A stretch of DNA of 46,940 bases from an uncultured Succinatimonas sp. (GTDB lineage Bacteria > Pseudomonadota > Gammaproteobacteria > Enterobacterales > Succinivibrionaceae): the NCBI GenBank assembly GCA_900316175.1, contig ONCB01000001.1:1-46940 (forward strand), read 5' to 3'. A model generated the notes under the pieces. The model was not told the origin of the DNA, did no database searches, and saw only the letters and a list, made by a program, of their open reading frames with translations. A program made the position numbers and the translations under genes. Shown here piece after piece: positions 27,605 through 37,820 of the stretch (positions are counted from its first letter, which is position 1; each line of letters starts with the position of its first letter).

Positions 27605-27637
27605 AAAAATAAGAGCTTTTTAGCTCTTATTTTTTTT
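27605..27637 (+). terminator. Intrinsic terminator after nadB
   Basis: AAAAATAAGAGCT-tttt-AGCTCTTATTTTTTTT. Confidence 0.85.
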
Positions 27638-27698
27638 GCCTTTTGTATAATATCAACAGATTCTGTTATTAAATGCTTTTATGCGAATTTCTGAAATT

Positions 27699-30600
27699 AT
27701 GAAAAAAATATCTGCTCTTCTTTTTTCCTTCTTCATTTTAATGTCTGCAGCCTTTGCCTCAGATCAGGTTCAGACCCAAATCGGGCTTATAAATATTGCT
27801 ACTGAGAAGGAACTTCAAAGTGCAAAGGAGCTTCTATCATCCTCTGAACTTTCTGAAGAAGATAAGCAGAAAGCATCCATGCTTTACACAAAAGCAGCTG
27901 AAAACCTTGTACAAATAAAAAACTTTCAGACCATAATTTCAGATTTTAAAAAAGAACTTTTGCATTTAAATAAAACTATTGCAAAGCTTTCTTATGAATA
28001 TAACAAGGAAAACAGTGAAGAACCGCTCTCAGATCAATATATCAGCTCACTTAGTGAAGATGCTTTAAGAAACCTGATTACCAAGAGACTTACTGAACAG
28101 CAGAAAGTTCAGAATGAGTATGATTTTGCATCCTCTGAAGCCTCAAGAATTCAGACTCTTCCTGAAAGAGCGCAGAGCACTATTATCTCAAACAATGAGA
28201 AAATCAGATATCTCTCTGAAAAAATCAGCAAAAATCCAGATCCGGAGGCTTTTGAAAACAGAGCCTACGCTACAGGGATTCTGCGCATGACTTTGGAGAG
28301 CAATTTTTTAAATCTGCAGCTTAGCAATATTTCTTTGATGCAGGACATCAATTCATATCAGCTCAAAACCGCAACACACAGAAGATCAAGACTTGATCAG
28401 GACATAAAGAAGCTTACCGCACAGAAGTCTGTGTTCCTTGAGGAAACAGCCAATGAAGATTTATCTGATATCGCATCACATCATTCAAAACTGTCAGCAT
28501 TAATTTCAAAGATCAGCTTTATTCAGGAAAATACCAGGAATTACACCAAAAAGAATGCGGAATTCATTGAGTTAATTCAGGTTTTAGACAGAGATTTATC
28601 AAACATTACTCAGATTGAAAAGAATATTAAATCTCAAATTCAGGAACTTGGCAAAACACTGGTACTCTCAAGACTTCTCAACAAGCAGAAATCCCTGATC
28701 CCGTCATTTACAATTAAAGAGAACTTCAGCGAACTTATTCCAAATCTCAATATATATCTTTACGATATCAGAGAAATGACTACAGCTTTAACTGACATAG
28801 AAGAAGCTGTAAACAAGGAAATTGCTGTTGATGAATCCTTAAAACCTTATAAGGCTGAATTTAAAACAGTCATGATCAAGCGCAAAGAAGCGCTTAAAGA
28901 GCTCTATCAGGTGATAGCAAACCAGCTTGCTCTTGCCATTCAGCTTAAAATGAAATACGAGGATTTCTGTAAAAAACAGGTATTTATTCATGAGGAAATC
29001 GATGAACAACTGTTCTGGATTAAATCAAATCAGCCTTTAGGAGTTGATCTGGTTAAGCAGTTTATTCCTTTTGTTAAATACAATTTCTCAAACCTGCTGG
29101 TTAAACTCAATTCAGAATCATTTAAGCTGCACTGTCTTGATACAGCACTGGTGGTACTGCTTCCTCTGCTGATTTTTGCAGTGGTTGCAAAACTTTTTGG
29201 AGCAACCATCATCAGAAAAAACAATCGACTGGTCCGCAACATAGATACTCCAAATGACAGCATAACCAACACTCTTACAGGTATCTTCTACAATATTGTG
29301 CTGATGCTGCCAAAGCTATCCATAATGATATTTATCGGAACTACAGTGATCTGTCTTTCTCTTTCAAACTTTGAAAAGCAGACTGTTGTCATTCTTACTA
29401 TGTGCCTGCATTTCTTTGTTTACACCTTCTCACTGCAGATTGTTAAACCAAATGCTCTGGTACAGCGTCACTTCTCTGTCGCTCCATACAAGATTGAGAA
29501 AATGCGTGAAGTGTTCAACAGTGTATGGTTCTATGTGCTGCCATTACTGATTTTTGCAAACATCGCGGAGGCCGATGTAGATAAAATCTTCTTTGACATT
29601 ACAGCTTATTCGATCATTCTGATTTCCTTTATCGCCCTCTCTTTAATTTCGCTTAAGATTTTTATAAAGAATCTTAAAACCATAAGTGAAGGCGATTCTG
29701 GTAGAATTCTTATTTCGCTGCTGGCACTGATTGCAGCTTTATGCTGTGTAATAGCAGTAGCATCTGGTTACCTTTATACAACCGTAAAACTGTTAAATTC
29801 AATTGCTTTAACCTGCTATATTATTCTCGGATACTATTTCATAAAAGAAACAGTTCACAGAACCATGCACGTAATGATTTTAAAGCACTTTGAAAAGAAA
29901 GCATCAAAGAAGGAAAACAGTATTCTTTCACTGGTTGGCAAAAACCCCTCTTTACTTACAGAAAAGGTATTTAAACTGACCAGATATACGCTTATAACCC
30001 TGACTGTTTTAGTGCTGTACTGGCAGTGGTCTGATATTGCTTCTGTATTGAGCTACTTAAAATCAATCACCGTATGGTCAAAAATCAGCTATATCAACGG
30101 AATTCCAACTGAAGTTGACTCACTGACACTTGCAAATATCTTTATTGCAATTGTGATTTTTATCTTTACCTTCATCTTAAATCACAATCTTCCGGGTATT
30201 TTAGAGAAGATTATTCTCTTAAACAGCGGTAGCTCAAACAGTGTTAAGTCAACTGGATATACCGTCAAGGTTATCTCCTCCTACGTTATTCTGGGGCTTG
30301 GCTTTATCTTCTCGGCTGGAGCCATAGGTATTAAGTGGGAAAATCTGCAGTGGCTGGTGGCGGCATTATCTGTGGGTCTTGGTTTTGGTCTTCAGGAAAT
30401 CTTTGCAAACTTTGTCTCAGGCATCATCCTGCTTTTTGAAAGACAGACCCGTGTAGGTGACATTATTACCTTAAACGGACTTTCCGGCACTGTAAAGAAA
30501 ATCAGAATTCGTGCAACCACTGTAATGAGCTTTGAACATAAGGAAGTTCTCATTCCTAACCGTGCATTTATCACCTCAGAACTCACTAACTGGTCACTTT

Positions 30601-31007
30601 CAAGCACCGTTACCAAGATTGTGTTTGATGTGGGAGTTGCCTACGATGCAAATGTGGATCTGGCAAGAAAAATTCTCCACCGCATCATTCGTGAGACCAA
30701 TCTGATCTCAAAAGAAATGGCTCCGCTCATCTACATCAAGGAACTTGCAGATAGCTCTGTAAACTTCTCATGTGAAGTATATGTGGGCACAATTTCAAAC
30801 CGTAAGCTCACTCTTGATTATCTGTGCACCAGAACCCTGTCAGAATTCAGGAAGGCAGGCATTGAGATTCCTTTCAATCAGCTTGATGTCAATGTAAAGA
30901 CTCTTGAAAAAGAGGAATTTATTGAAAAGTTAAAACAGGGACTGTTTTCAAAGAATGGAATAGACGACTCTAAAGTTCTAGAAAACACTGTTAATTCAAA
31001 AATATAA
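27699..31007 (+). CDS. mscK: Large MscS-family mechanosensitive channel (MscK/MscM-like)
   Basis: Signal peptide, long periplasmic coiled coil, QLFWIKS, multiple TM helices, QWLVAALSVGLGFGLQEIFANFVSG, IRIRATT. Start is 27681 or 27699. Confidence 0.88.
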   Translation: MKKISALLFSFFILMSAAFASDQVQTQIGLINIATEKELQSAKELLSSSELSEEDKQKASMLYTKAAENLVQIKNFQTIISDFKKELLHLNKTIAKLSYEYNKENSEEPLSDQYISSLSEDALRNLITKRLTEQQKVQNEYDFASSEASRIQTLPERAQSTIISNNEKIRYLSEKISKNPDPEAFENRAYATGILRMTLESNFLNLQLSNISLMQDINSYQLKTATHRRSRLDQDIKKLTAQKSVFLEETANEDLSDIASHHSKLSALISKISFIQENTRNYTKKNAEFIELIQVLDRDLSNITQIEKNIKSQIQELGKTLVLSRLLNKQKSLIPSFTIKENFSELIPNLNIYLYDIREMTTALTDIEEAVNKEIAVDESLKPYKAEFKTVMIKRKEALKELYQVIANQLALAIQLKMKYEDFCKKQVFIHEEIDEQLFWIKSNQPLGVDLVKQFIPFVKYNFSNLLVKLNSESFKLHCLDTALVVLLPLLIFAVVAKLFGATIIRKNNRLVRNIDTPNDSITNTLTGIFYNIVLMLPKLSIMIFIGTTVICLSLSNFEKQTVVILTMCLHFFVYTFSLQIVKPNALVQRHFSVAPYKIEKMREVFNSVWFYVLPLLIFANIAEADVDKIFFDITAYSIILISFIALSLISLKIFIKNLKTISEGDSGRILISLLALIAALCCVIAVASGYLYTTVKLLNSIALTCYIILGYYFIKETVHRTMHVMILKHFEKKASKKENSILSLVGKNPSLLTEKVFKLTRYTLITLTVLVLYWQWSDIASVLSYLKSITVWSKISYINGIPTEVDSLTLANIFIAIVIFIFTFILNHNLPGILEKIILLNSGSSNSVKSTGYTVKVISSYVILGLGFIFSAGAIGIKWENLQWLVAALSVGLGFGLQEIFANFVSGIILLFERQTRVGDIITLNGLSGTVKKIRIRATTVMSFEHKEVLIPNRAFITSELTNWSLSSTVTKIVFDVGVAYDANVDLARKILHRIIRETNLISKEMAPLIYIKELADSSVNFSCEVYVGTISNRKLTLDYLCTRTLSEFRKAGIEIPFNQLDVNVKTLEKEEFIEKLKQGLFSKNGIDDSKVLENTVNSKI

Positions 31008-31011
31008 TAGA

Positions 31012-31033
31012 AACGGGGAGCTTTGCGCCCCGT
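31012..31033. terminator. Hairpin between convergent mscK and ferredoxin genes
   Basis: AACGGGGAGC-ttt-GCGCCCCGTT. Confidence 0.65.
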
Positions 31034-31051
31034 TCTGTTTAGGATGAAGAA

Positions 31052-31240
31052 TTATTCTTCTGAGTCTGTCTCTTCGATAGCCTCAAACGGACATACAGAC
31101 TGACAGGCAGCACAGTCGGCACACATCTGAGCATCAATCTTGAAACTGTCATCTGGCTGTTGCTCAATGGCACCGCATGGGCAGATATCCTGACATTCAC
31201 CACACTGAGAGCATTTTTCTTTATTGATTACAAACATCAT
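31052..31240 (-). CDS. 2x[4Fe-4S] dicluster ferredoxin
   Basis: Two CxxCxxCxxxCP motifs (CSQCGECQDICP, CADCAACQSVCP). Confidence 0.93.
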   Translation of the reverse strand: MMFVINKEKCSQCGECQDICPCGAIEQQPDDSFKIDAQMCADCAACQSVCPFEAIEETDSEE

Positions 31241-31317
31241 ATGTTCCTTAAAAAAAGTGTCTTCTTAAGTCTTTAGCTTTATAATATGTAAAAACTTATA
31301 AATACAAGGCAGAATTC

Positions 31318-32835
31318 ATGGATAGCATTGTACATAATTTAAAGGCAGTTAACACTCAAGTTTCAAATTTTTCTCAACTTTACGAAAGAAAAATTGAAGA
31401 TATAACGCTGCTGTGCGTAAGCAAAACCAAACCAGAAGATATGGTAATTGAAGCCTATAACTCAGGAGAGCGCCATTTTGGTGAGTCCTATGCAGTAGAA
31501 GCATCTGAGAAAATCGCTTCTTTAAAGGAAAAAGGCTACAAGGATATAATCTGGCACTTTATAGGTCCTATTCAGAAAAATAAAACCAAACTTATTGCAG
31601 AGCATTTTGATATTGTTGAATCTGTAGACAGAGAGATCGTAGCTAAAAGATTAAATGACCAGAGACCTCCTTTTAAAAAGCCTCTGGAGGTTTTAATTCA
31701 GGTGAATATATCAGATGAAGATCAAAAATCAGGATGTCTTATATCTGATGTAGACGCTCTGGTAAAAGCTATTGATGCACTTCCTAATCTAAAGCTCAGA
31801 GGCTTTATGGGTATTGGAAAGGACACAGAAAACAGAGCTGAAATCGAAGCAGAATTTGCACAATTACAGAGCCTCTTTAATGAATACAAGACAAAACGTG
31901 CAGACTTTGACATACTTTCTATGGGTATGACTCAGGATATGGATCTTGCAATAAAAAAAGGTTCAACAGAAGTTAGAATAGGCACAGCAATTTTTGGTGC
32001 CAGAGTTTATAAGAGTAAAGAAATGGAACAGAATAATATCGCATTTATCGGCGGCGGCAATATGGCCAGCTGTATCTATGACAGTATCGTAAAAGGCTTT
32101 GATGCAAAGAATATCACTGTAAGTGGTCCTCATATCGAAAAGCTTGAAAAGTTTAAGGCTCAAGGTTCAGCTGTTACCACTGACAACATTGAAGCCGTAA
32201 AGAACGCAAAGGTTGTTTTCCTGGGTGTAAAGCCACAGATTTTAACCTCTGTTTTAGAGGAAATTGCCTCATCAGGAGCAGATCTTTCAGACAAGCTCTT
32301 TGTATCAATGGCAGCAGGTTTCAAGCTCTCATCAATCTCAGATAAGCTGAATACTCACAGAATCATCAGAATTATGCCAAATACACCTGCAAAGCTTGGT
32401 TTAGGTGTAATTGCAGTTTCATATGACAACGCTGTGTCAGATGCTGACAAGGCACTTGTAAAGACCATGCTCAAGAATATGGGGGCATGTATTGAAGGTG
32501 ATGAGCAGGCATTGAATGTTATTGGTGCCGTATGCGGATGCGGTCCTGCGTTTGTATATCGTTTCATGGAAGCCCTAATCAGTGAGGCTGTAGCTCACGG
32601 TATAGATGAAAAGGATGCTAGAATTATGGTTGAACAGACTGTATTCGGTTCTGCTTCAATGGTAATCAAAAACCAGGATAGCACCATTGCTTCTCTGCGT
32701 GAAGCTGTAACCTCAAAAGGCGGAACCACTTTCGCTGGACTTACCAAGATGACTGAAGGCAATTTTGAAGGAATTATGAAAAACACCATTCAGGCCAGTC
32801 TTGATAGAACCTATGAATTTGAGAAAATGTTCTAA
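31318..32835 (+). CDS. yggS-proC: Fused YggS (PLP homeostasis protein) + pyrroline-5-carboxylate reductase
   Basis: aa 1-~232 carry VSKTKP, FGESY, WHFIGPIQKNK, LSMGMT, VRIGTAIFGAR. aa 236-505 carry IGGGNMA, VKPQ, RIMPNTP, GCGPAFVY, VTSKGGTT. There is no stop between them. Confidence 0.92.
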   Translation: MDSIVHNLKAVNTQVSNFSQLYERKIEDITLLCVSKTKPEDMVIEAYNSGERHFGESYAVEASEKIASLKEKGYKDIIWHFIGPIQKNKTKLIAEHFDIVESVDREIVAKRLNDQRPPFKKPLEVLIQVNISDEDQKSGCLISDVDALVKAIDALPNLKLRGFMGIGKDTENRAEIEAEFAQLQSLFNEYKTKRADFDILSMGMTQDMDLAIKKGSTEVRIGTAIFGARVYKSKEMEQNNIAFIGGGNMASCIYDSIVKGFDAKNITVSGPHIEKLEKFKAQGSAVTTDNIEAVKNAKVVFLGVKPQILTSVLEEIASSGADLSDKLFVSMAAGFKLSSISDKLNTHRIIRIMPNTPAKLGLGVIAVSYDNAVSDADKALVKTMLKNMGACIEGDEQALNVIGAVCGCGPAFVYRFMEALISEAVAHGIDEKDARIMVEQTVFGSASMVIKNQDSTIASLREAVTSKGGTTFAGLTKMTEGNFEGIMKNTIQASLDRTYEFEKMF

Positions 32836-32846
32836 TTGGAGAATCT

Positions 32847-33431
32847 ATGCACATTCTGCAGATTATTTTAATGATTGTTCAGGCTGTTATGATGCTTTTT
32901 ATGTTAAGAGCTCTGATGCAGTCAGCAAACAGCTTTTACTACCACCCTTTTACTCAGGCAGTAATTAAGCTTACAGATCCAGTATTAAACCTTCTGCCAT
33001 TTAAAAACAACCGTGTAGCAGGATGTTATTTTGCAGGTTTTGCCGTAGCTTCCGTTCTGGCATTCGGATACTGTTTTGCCTGCCTGTTTTATGAGAAGAA
33101 TCTTTTCTACTATTTACTTATCACAGACGGCGGACGTTTCCAGAACATATATGTGATTGCAGTGGTTTTATCCATTTTAACCATCATTAAGACATTTGGT
33201 TATCTCATCATTGCAATTCTCATTGCTCAGGCCTTAACCTCATGGTTGCCATCAACAAGACAGATGAGTGTTCTTTTATCAACACTGACAGAGTTCTTTG
33301 TACGTCCGGTGCAGAAAGTGATCCCTCCAATTGGAATGATTGATATCAGCCTGATGGTGGTTATTCTTGCAATCTATGCTATTGAATATATCCTGCATCT
33401 TGTTTTCGGTATTCTGTGGATGATTCCATAA
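32847..33431 (+). CDS. yggT: YggT-family membrane protein
   Basis: YHPFTQAVIKLTDP, IPPIGMIDIS; yggS-proC-yggT synteny. Confidence 0.9.
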   Translation: MHILQIILMIVQAVMMLFMLRALMQSANSFYYHPFTQAVIKLTDPVLNLLPFKNNRVAGCYFAGFAVASVLAFGYCFACLFYEKNLFYYLLITDGGRFQNIYVIAVVLSILTIIKTFGYLIIAILIAQALTSWLPSTRQMSVLLSTLTEFFVRPVQKVIPPIGMIDISLMVVILAIYAIEYILHLVFGILWMIP

Positions 33432-33454
33432 TTGCTATAAAGAATCAGCCTAAT

Positions 33455-33481
33455 AAAAAACCAGGCAAATGCCTGGTTTTT
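33455..33481. terminator. Bidirectional terminator yggT/parC
   Basis: AAAAAACCAGGCA-aa-TGCCTGGTTTTT. Confidence 0.88.
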
Positions 33482-33495
33482 GTCTTTATATAAAG

Positions 33496-35817
33496 CTACT
33501 CCAAAGTAAACTCTATCTCCTCAGCAGGAGCTGACTCAGTTTCTGACTCCTCTGTCTTTGGAATTATAACCTCAAGAGAATCAATCTTCTGGAAGCCTCT
33601 TGGCAGCAGATCTCCTCGTTTTGCTCTTTGAGCAATTCTTTCTAATATTTCTGCATTAGAAAGGTTGATTACTCGTTTGCCACAGTGGATCACCATAGAG
33701 GAACCTTCAGGGACAATCGCCATTGTTGCAATTCCATCTGCTCCTATGGCAAGTGCAGAGCCTGAGATTGCAATAAGTTTGTTACCCTTACCCTGAGAAA
33801 GTTCTGGAAGTTCATTTAACTTAAAGATTAAAAGGCGACCGGTTCTGCTCGCTACAGCAAGTAAGTCAGTTTCTTTGTTGTAAATCTCTAAAGGAGGCAT
33901 TACCAGACCATCTTCTTCAAGAGTGATTAAGGCACGGCCGTTTTTCATTCTTGATACCAGATCTGTCTGTTTTGTAATGAAGCCATAATCCTTATCTGAA
34001 GCTATAAGAACATACTTATCCTTATGAGCTACCAGCACATGTACAGCCCTTTCATTTGGCTGCATGGTGGTCTTTGAAGATAAAGGTTCACCCTGACCTC
34101 TGGCTGAAGGCAGATCTTTGATATCTACAGTATAGACACGGCCAAGGTTGGTGATAAAGCAGGCCTGCTCATTGGTTCTGCCTGATGATTTTGACAGGAA
34201 TTTATCACCGGAGCGGTAATTCATATTCTCTGCATCAACGTCATTTCCGCTTGCAGCTCTAACCCATCCCATCTTAGAAAGAATTACAGTAGCAGGAGTG
34301 CTTGGAGTGATTTCATCCTCACTCATGGCAACAGCTGCAGCTCTTTCAACAATAAGACAGCGTCTTTCATCGCCATAAAGTTTGATATCAGCCTGAATTT
34401 CCTTTTTAATGAAGGTCTTCAAACGTGCATCAGAACCTAACAGCAGTTCAAGTTTTGCCTTCTCTTCAAGGAGCTTATCCATCTCCTCTTTAATCTTGAT
34501 TTCCTCAAGTCTTGCCAGCTGTCTTAACTTGGTCTCAAGAATGTATTCAACCTGGGCATCAGACAGATTAAAACGCTCTTTAAGCTTGGCTTTAGGATCT
34601 TCTTCATGACGGATAATATCAATTACCTCGTCAATATTGAGGACAACCAGCAGATAACCTTCTAAAAGGTGCAGACGCTTGTTGATTGCATTTAATCTGG
34701 TTTCAAGACGACGTCTTACTGTTGCAGTTCTAAACTGCAGCCACTCAGAAAGTATGGTTTTAAGATCTTTCACCTGAGGATTACCATCAAGACCTAATAT
34801 ATTTAAATTTACCTTATAGGTCTTTTCAAGATCGGTAACTGCAAATAAATGCTCCATCAGTGACTCCACATCAACACGATTTGATCGTGGTTCAATGATA
34901 ATTCTGCATGGATTTGAGTGATCTGAAGCATTTCTGATATCAGCAACCAAAGGAAGCTTCTTCTTACTCATCAGATCGGCTACCTGCTTTTCAATCTCAC
35001 CACAGGAAACCTGATATGGAAGAGCACTAATCTCAATGCCATCTTTGGTAACAGCATAAACAGCTCTCTGTCTAATCATGCCCTTACCTGATTCGTACAT
35101 CTTTTTAAGATCTTCACGAGATGTGGTAATCTCACTTCCACATGGGTAGTCAGGCCCCTGAACAAAACCCATCAGATCATCAATAGATGCCTCTGGATTC
35201 TCTAAAAGATGGATAGCAGCATTGCTTACTTCGGTTAAATTGTGTGGTGGAATATCGGTAGCCATACCAACTGCGATACCGGTGGTACCATTTAAAAGAA
35301 TGGTAGGTAGTCTTGAAGGAAGCGATTTAGGCTCTTCAAGCTCACCATCAAAATTTGGGATCCAGTCAACACAGCCGGTGTTGATATCCTGAAGCAGAAC
35401 CTGTGCAAATGGAGACAGTCTAGATTCTGTATAACGCATTGCAGCAAAGGACTTTGGATCTTCTACATCACCCCAGTTACCCTGACCGTCTACTAATGGG
35501 TATCTGTATGAAAAAGGCTGAGCCATTAAAACCATTGCTTCGTAACAGGCTGCATCACCATGCGGATGATATTTACCGATTACATCACCCACAGTTCTGG
35601 CTGACTTTACGTGTTTTGACTTGGCGTCAATGCCAAGCTTGCTCATGGCATAAACAATTCTTCGCTGAACCGGTTTCATTCCATCAGTTACAGATGGAAG
35701 AGCACGGTCACGAATAACATTCATTGAATAATTAAGATAGGCGTCCTCAGCAAAACGCTCCAAGGCCATCAATTCAATGCCTTCCAGGCTTAATTTACTG
35801 TTATCTTGGTCAGACAT
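33496..35817 (-). CDS. parC: Topoisomerase IV subunit A
   Basis: [36 protein letters not shown]; 773 aa; no GyrA box seen. Confidence 0.96.
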   Translation of the reverse strand: MSDQDNSKLSLEGIELMALERFAEDAYLNYSMNVIRDRALPSVTDGMKPVQRRIVYAMSKLGIDAKSKHVKSARTVGDVIGKYHPHGDAACYEAMVLMAQPFSYRYPLVDGQGNWGDVEDPKSFAAMRYTESRLSPFAQVLLQDINTGCVDWIPNFDGELEEPKSLPSRLPTILLNGTTGIAVGMATDIPPHNLTEVSNAAIHLLENPEASIDDLMGFVQGPDYPCGSEITTSREDLKKMYESGKGMIRQRAVYAVTKDGIEISALPYQVSCGEIEKQVADLMSKKKLPLVADIRNASDHSNPCRIIIEPRSNRVDVESLMEHLFAVTDLEKTYKVNLNILGLDGNPQVKDLKTILSEWLQFRTATVRRRLETRLNAINKRLHLLEGYLLVVLNIDEVIDIIRHEEDPKAKLKERFNLSDAQVEYILETKLRQLARLEEIKIKEEMDKLLEEKAKLELLLGSDARLKTFIKKEIQADIKLYGDERRCLIVERAAAVAMSEDEITPSTPATVILSKMGWVRAASGNDVDAENMNYRSGDKFLSKSSGRTNEQACFITNLGRVYTVDIKDLPSARGQGEPLSSKTTMQPNERAVHVLVAHKDKYVLIASDKDYGFITKQTDLVSRMKNGRALITLEEDGLVMPPLEIYNKETDLLAVASRTGRLLIFKLNELPELSQGKGNKLIAISGSALAIGADGIATMAIVPEGSSMVIHCGKRVINLSNAEILERIAQRAKRGDLLPRGFQKIDSLEVIIPKTEESETESAPAEEIEFTLE

Positions 35818-35922
35818 TTATTAATTCTCTCAAAAAAAGCTTCGTATTGTAGTAGAATTCATTTATCTATTATAAATATTAATTTTCATTGTAACAAAGC
35901 AAAAAATAATTCGGATCTAAAA

Positions 35923-36744
35923 GTGAAACTATTTAAAATTCTTTCTCTTTTTGCTCTGGTCACAGCAGGTGCCAATACTTTTGCTGCTGGCTATCATAAT
36001 ATCCCACAGGAGCTCCTGAATAAGGGAGCAAATGAGTATATAGTTTATGATCCTATGTTTGATTATACAAAAATCAGAGATGGGTCTAATTCTGTACTCT
36101 CTTCAATGAAGTTTTATGAGTATACAGGTGTTGATGCAAATCCGATGTCAACATCAACAACATCTAAAAAGCTTTCAACAACTTCTGTAAGAACATCTTC
36201 AGGCAGAAGTTCAGTATCAAGAGATCTTTCTGTTGGCGTTGGTGAAGGCATTGTTGAGAATTTAACTGATCTCGCTGTTGATGCCGATCCTGAGATTATC
36301 CACAGAAGATCAGATACTAGACTTGTGGACAGTGTTGTAGTAAACAAGGCAGCTCACAAGATGCTGCTTATGAAGAATGGTCAGATTGTACGTTCATTCT
36401 GGATTGCTCTTTCTAACAAACCACAGGGTGCCAAGCGTTATGAAGGAGATAAAAGAACCCCAGAGGGAACTTATATTCTCGATTATGTAAAGCCACATTC
36501 AAACTACTATAAGGCTTTCCATATTTCCTATCCAAATGCCAGTGATATTGATTACGCAAGAAAACACGGCAGAAGACCAGGTGGCAGAATTATGGTACAT
36601 GGCCAACCTCCTTCAAAAGGAGATTATCAGGAAACAGTGCAACGTTCAGACTGGACCAATGGTTGCATTGCACTGTTAAATCCAGATATGGATATATTCC
36701 TGCAAATGGTTGACGTTGGAACTCCAATTACCATCAATCCATAA
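35923..36744 (+). CDS. Exported L,D-transpeptidase (YkuD)-family protein, YafK/DpaA-like
   Basis: GTG start with signal peptide (KLFKILSLFALVTAGANTFA), EGDKRTPEG, FHISYPN, IMVHG...WTNGCIAL catalytic His/Cys. Confidence 0.85.
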   Translation: MKLFKILSLFALVTAGANTFAAGYHNIPQELLNKGANEYIVYDPMFDYTKIRDGSNSVLSSMKFYEYTGVDANPMSTSTTSKKLSTTSVRTSSGRSSVSRDLSVGVGEGIVENLTDLAVDADPEIIHRRSDTRLVDSVVVNKAAHKMLLMKNGQIVRSFWIALSNKPQGAKRYEGDKRTPEGTYILDYVKPHSNYYKAFHISYPNASDIDYARKHGRRPGGRIMVHGQPPSKGDYQETVQRSDWTNGCIALLNPDMDIFLQMVDVGTPITINP

Positions 36745-36745
36745 C

Positions 36746-36777
36746 ATAAAAAGCACTACAAATGTAGTGCTTTTTAT
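36746..36777. terminator. Bidirectional terminator
   Basis: ATAAAAAGCACTACA-aa-TGTAGTGCTTTTTAT. Confidence 0.88.
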
Positions 36778-36801
36778 TGATGATTCACGATAGATTTCTT
36801 C

Positions 36802-37161
36802 TTAATTATCTGGGAACCAGCTTACAGAAGCATAAGCCTCATCCTTATCTACTGAAAGCATTACAGAGGCAGCATGAACATCATCCTTTAATGAACCCTC
36901 AACTGCAGTCAATTCGATATCTGCAATGACGTAGGAATCGATATTATTGATATCCTCTTCCTCGTACTCATCATTTTCGTCAAGGTTTCTTAAAGAGACG
37001 TTAAGCTCATAATCATCATCATCAAGAAGTCTTGCTAACCTTGCATAAAGTTCTTCATCATTCTCTGATAATGAATTCTCAGCAACTTCCTTAAACAGAT
37101 CTAAAGCATCTGTTACAATGCTGTCAAAATCATCTTCTGATAATTTTTCAATATCTACCAT
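36802..37161 (-). CDS. Highly acidic protein, probable HI1450/YciU (DUF440) dsDNA mimic
   Basis: About one third D/E. ALDLFKEVAENSL and DDVHAASVMLSVDKD...VSW resemble, from memory, YciU AYDIFLELAADNL and DVFARILLCREKD...IIW. Confidence 0.6.
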   Translation of the reverse strand: MVDIEKLSEDDFDSIVTDALDLFKEVAENSLSENDEELYARLARLLDDDDYELNVSLRNLDENDEYEEEDINNIDSYVIADIELTAVEGSLKDDVHAASVMLSVDKDEAYASVSWFPDN

Positions 37162-37171
37162 ATATTCCTCA

Positions 37172-37720
37172 TTAACCTTTGATTAAGTCTGCGCCTGAAG
37201 CAAATATACCGCCAGAAACATGATGCATGGTATTAAAACATCCTGGATTGAAGTTTTCCTCTGCAGCATTCCACATATCTGTACGAGCATAGACATTCTT
37301 AACCTTTAATAGACATATTCCTTTGTCTTTAAAAAGATTTAAATCGGAGCATTCACCTTCGAAATATGCAAGTGCATTCTTTAATGAAGGGATCTTGAAA
37401 AGTTCTGATTCAACAGATTCTAAAGATTGTGCTTTAAACTTGTCACCAACATCTCTTCCATGAACTGAGCCAGCTTTTAAAGCTTCATTAACCTGCTCTT
37501 TTGATGGAAGGGCCACAACAATTTTACTGCCGTTTCTGATGTTCTCTGAGGTTGTATGTTCTGTTGATAAAACCAGAAGTAACTCATCTGAATCAAAAGG
37601 ACATGACCAAGCAGCTGTCATAATATCAGCAGTACCTTCAGCAGACAGTGTGCTGATAGTTACTAACGGACCACCGGTGAATACGCGGTATGCATTCTTT
37701 ACATCAATCTTTGTATACAT
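37172..37720 (-). CDS. Flavin reductase-like FMN-binding protein
   Basis: GPLVTIST, DIMTAAW, HTTSENI, GSVHGRDVGDKF, HHVSGG. Start placed behind the GGAG SD. Confidence 0.8.
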   Translation of the reverse strand: MYTKIDVKNAYRVFTGGPLVTISTLSAEGTADIMTAAWSCPFDSDELLLVLSTEHTTSENIRNGSKIVVALPSKEQVNEALKAGSVHGRDVGDKFKAQSLESVESELFKIPSLKNALAYFEGECSDLNLFKDKGICLLKVKNVYARTDMWNAAEENFNPGCFNTMHHVSGGIFASGADLIKG

Positions 37721-37768
37721 AGATAACTCCATATTTTTGTTTAATAGATATTAGCACAAATAACGCAT

Positions 37769-37798
37769 AAAAAAAATCCAGGGGTTAACCTGGATTTT
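37769..37798 (-). terminator. Intrinsic terminator ending the alpha operon (after rpoA2)
   Basis: Minus strand AAAATCCAGG-ttaacc-CCTGGATTTTTTTT. Confidence 0.88.
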
Positions 37799-37820
37799 CT
37801 TGCAATTCCGAATGTATAGA

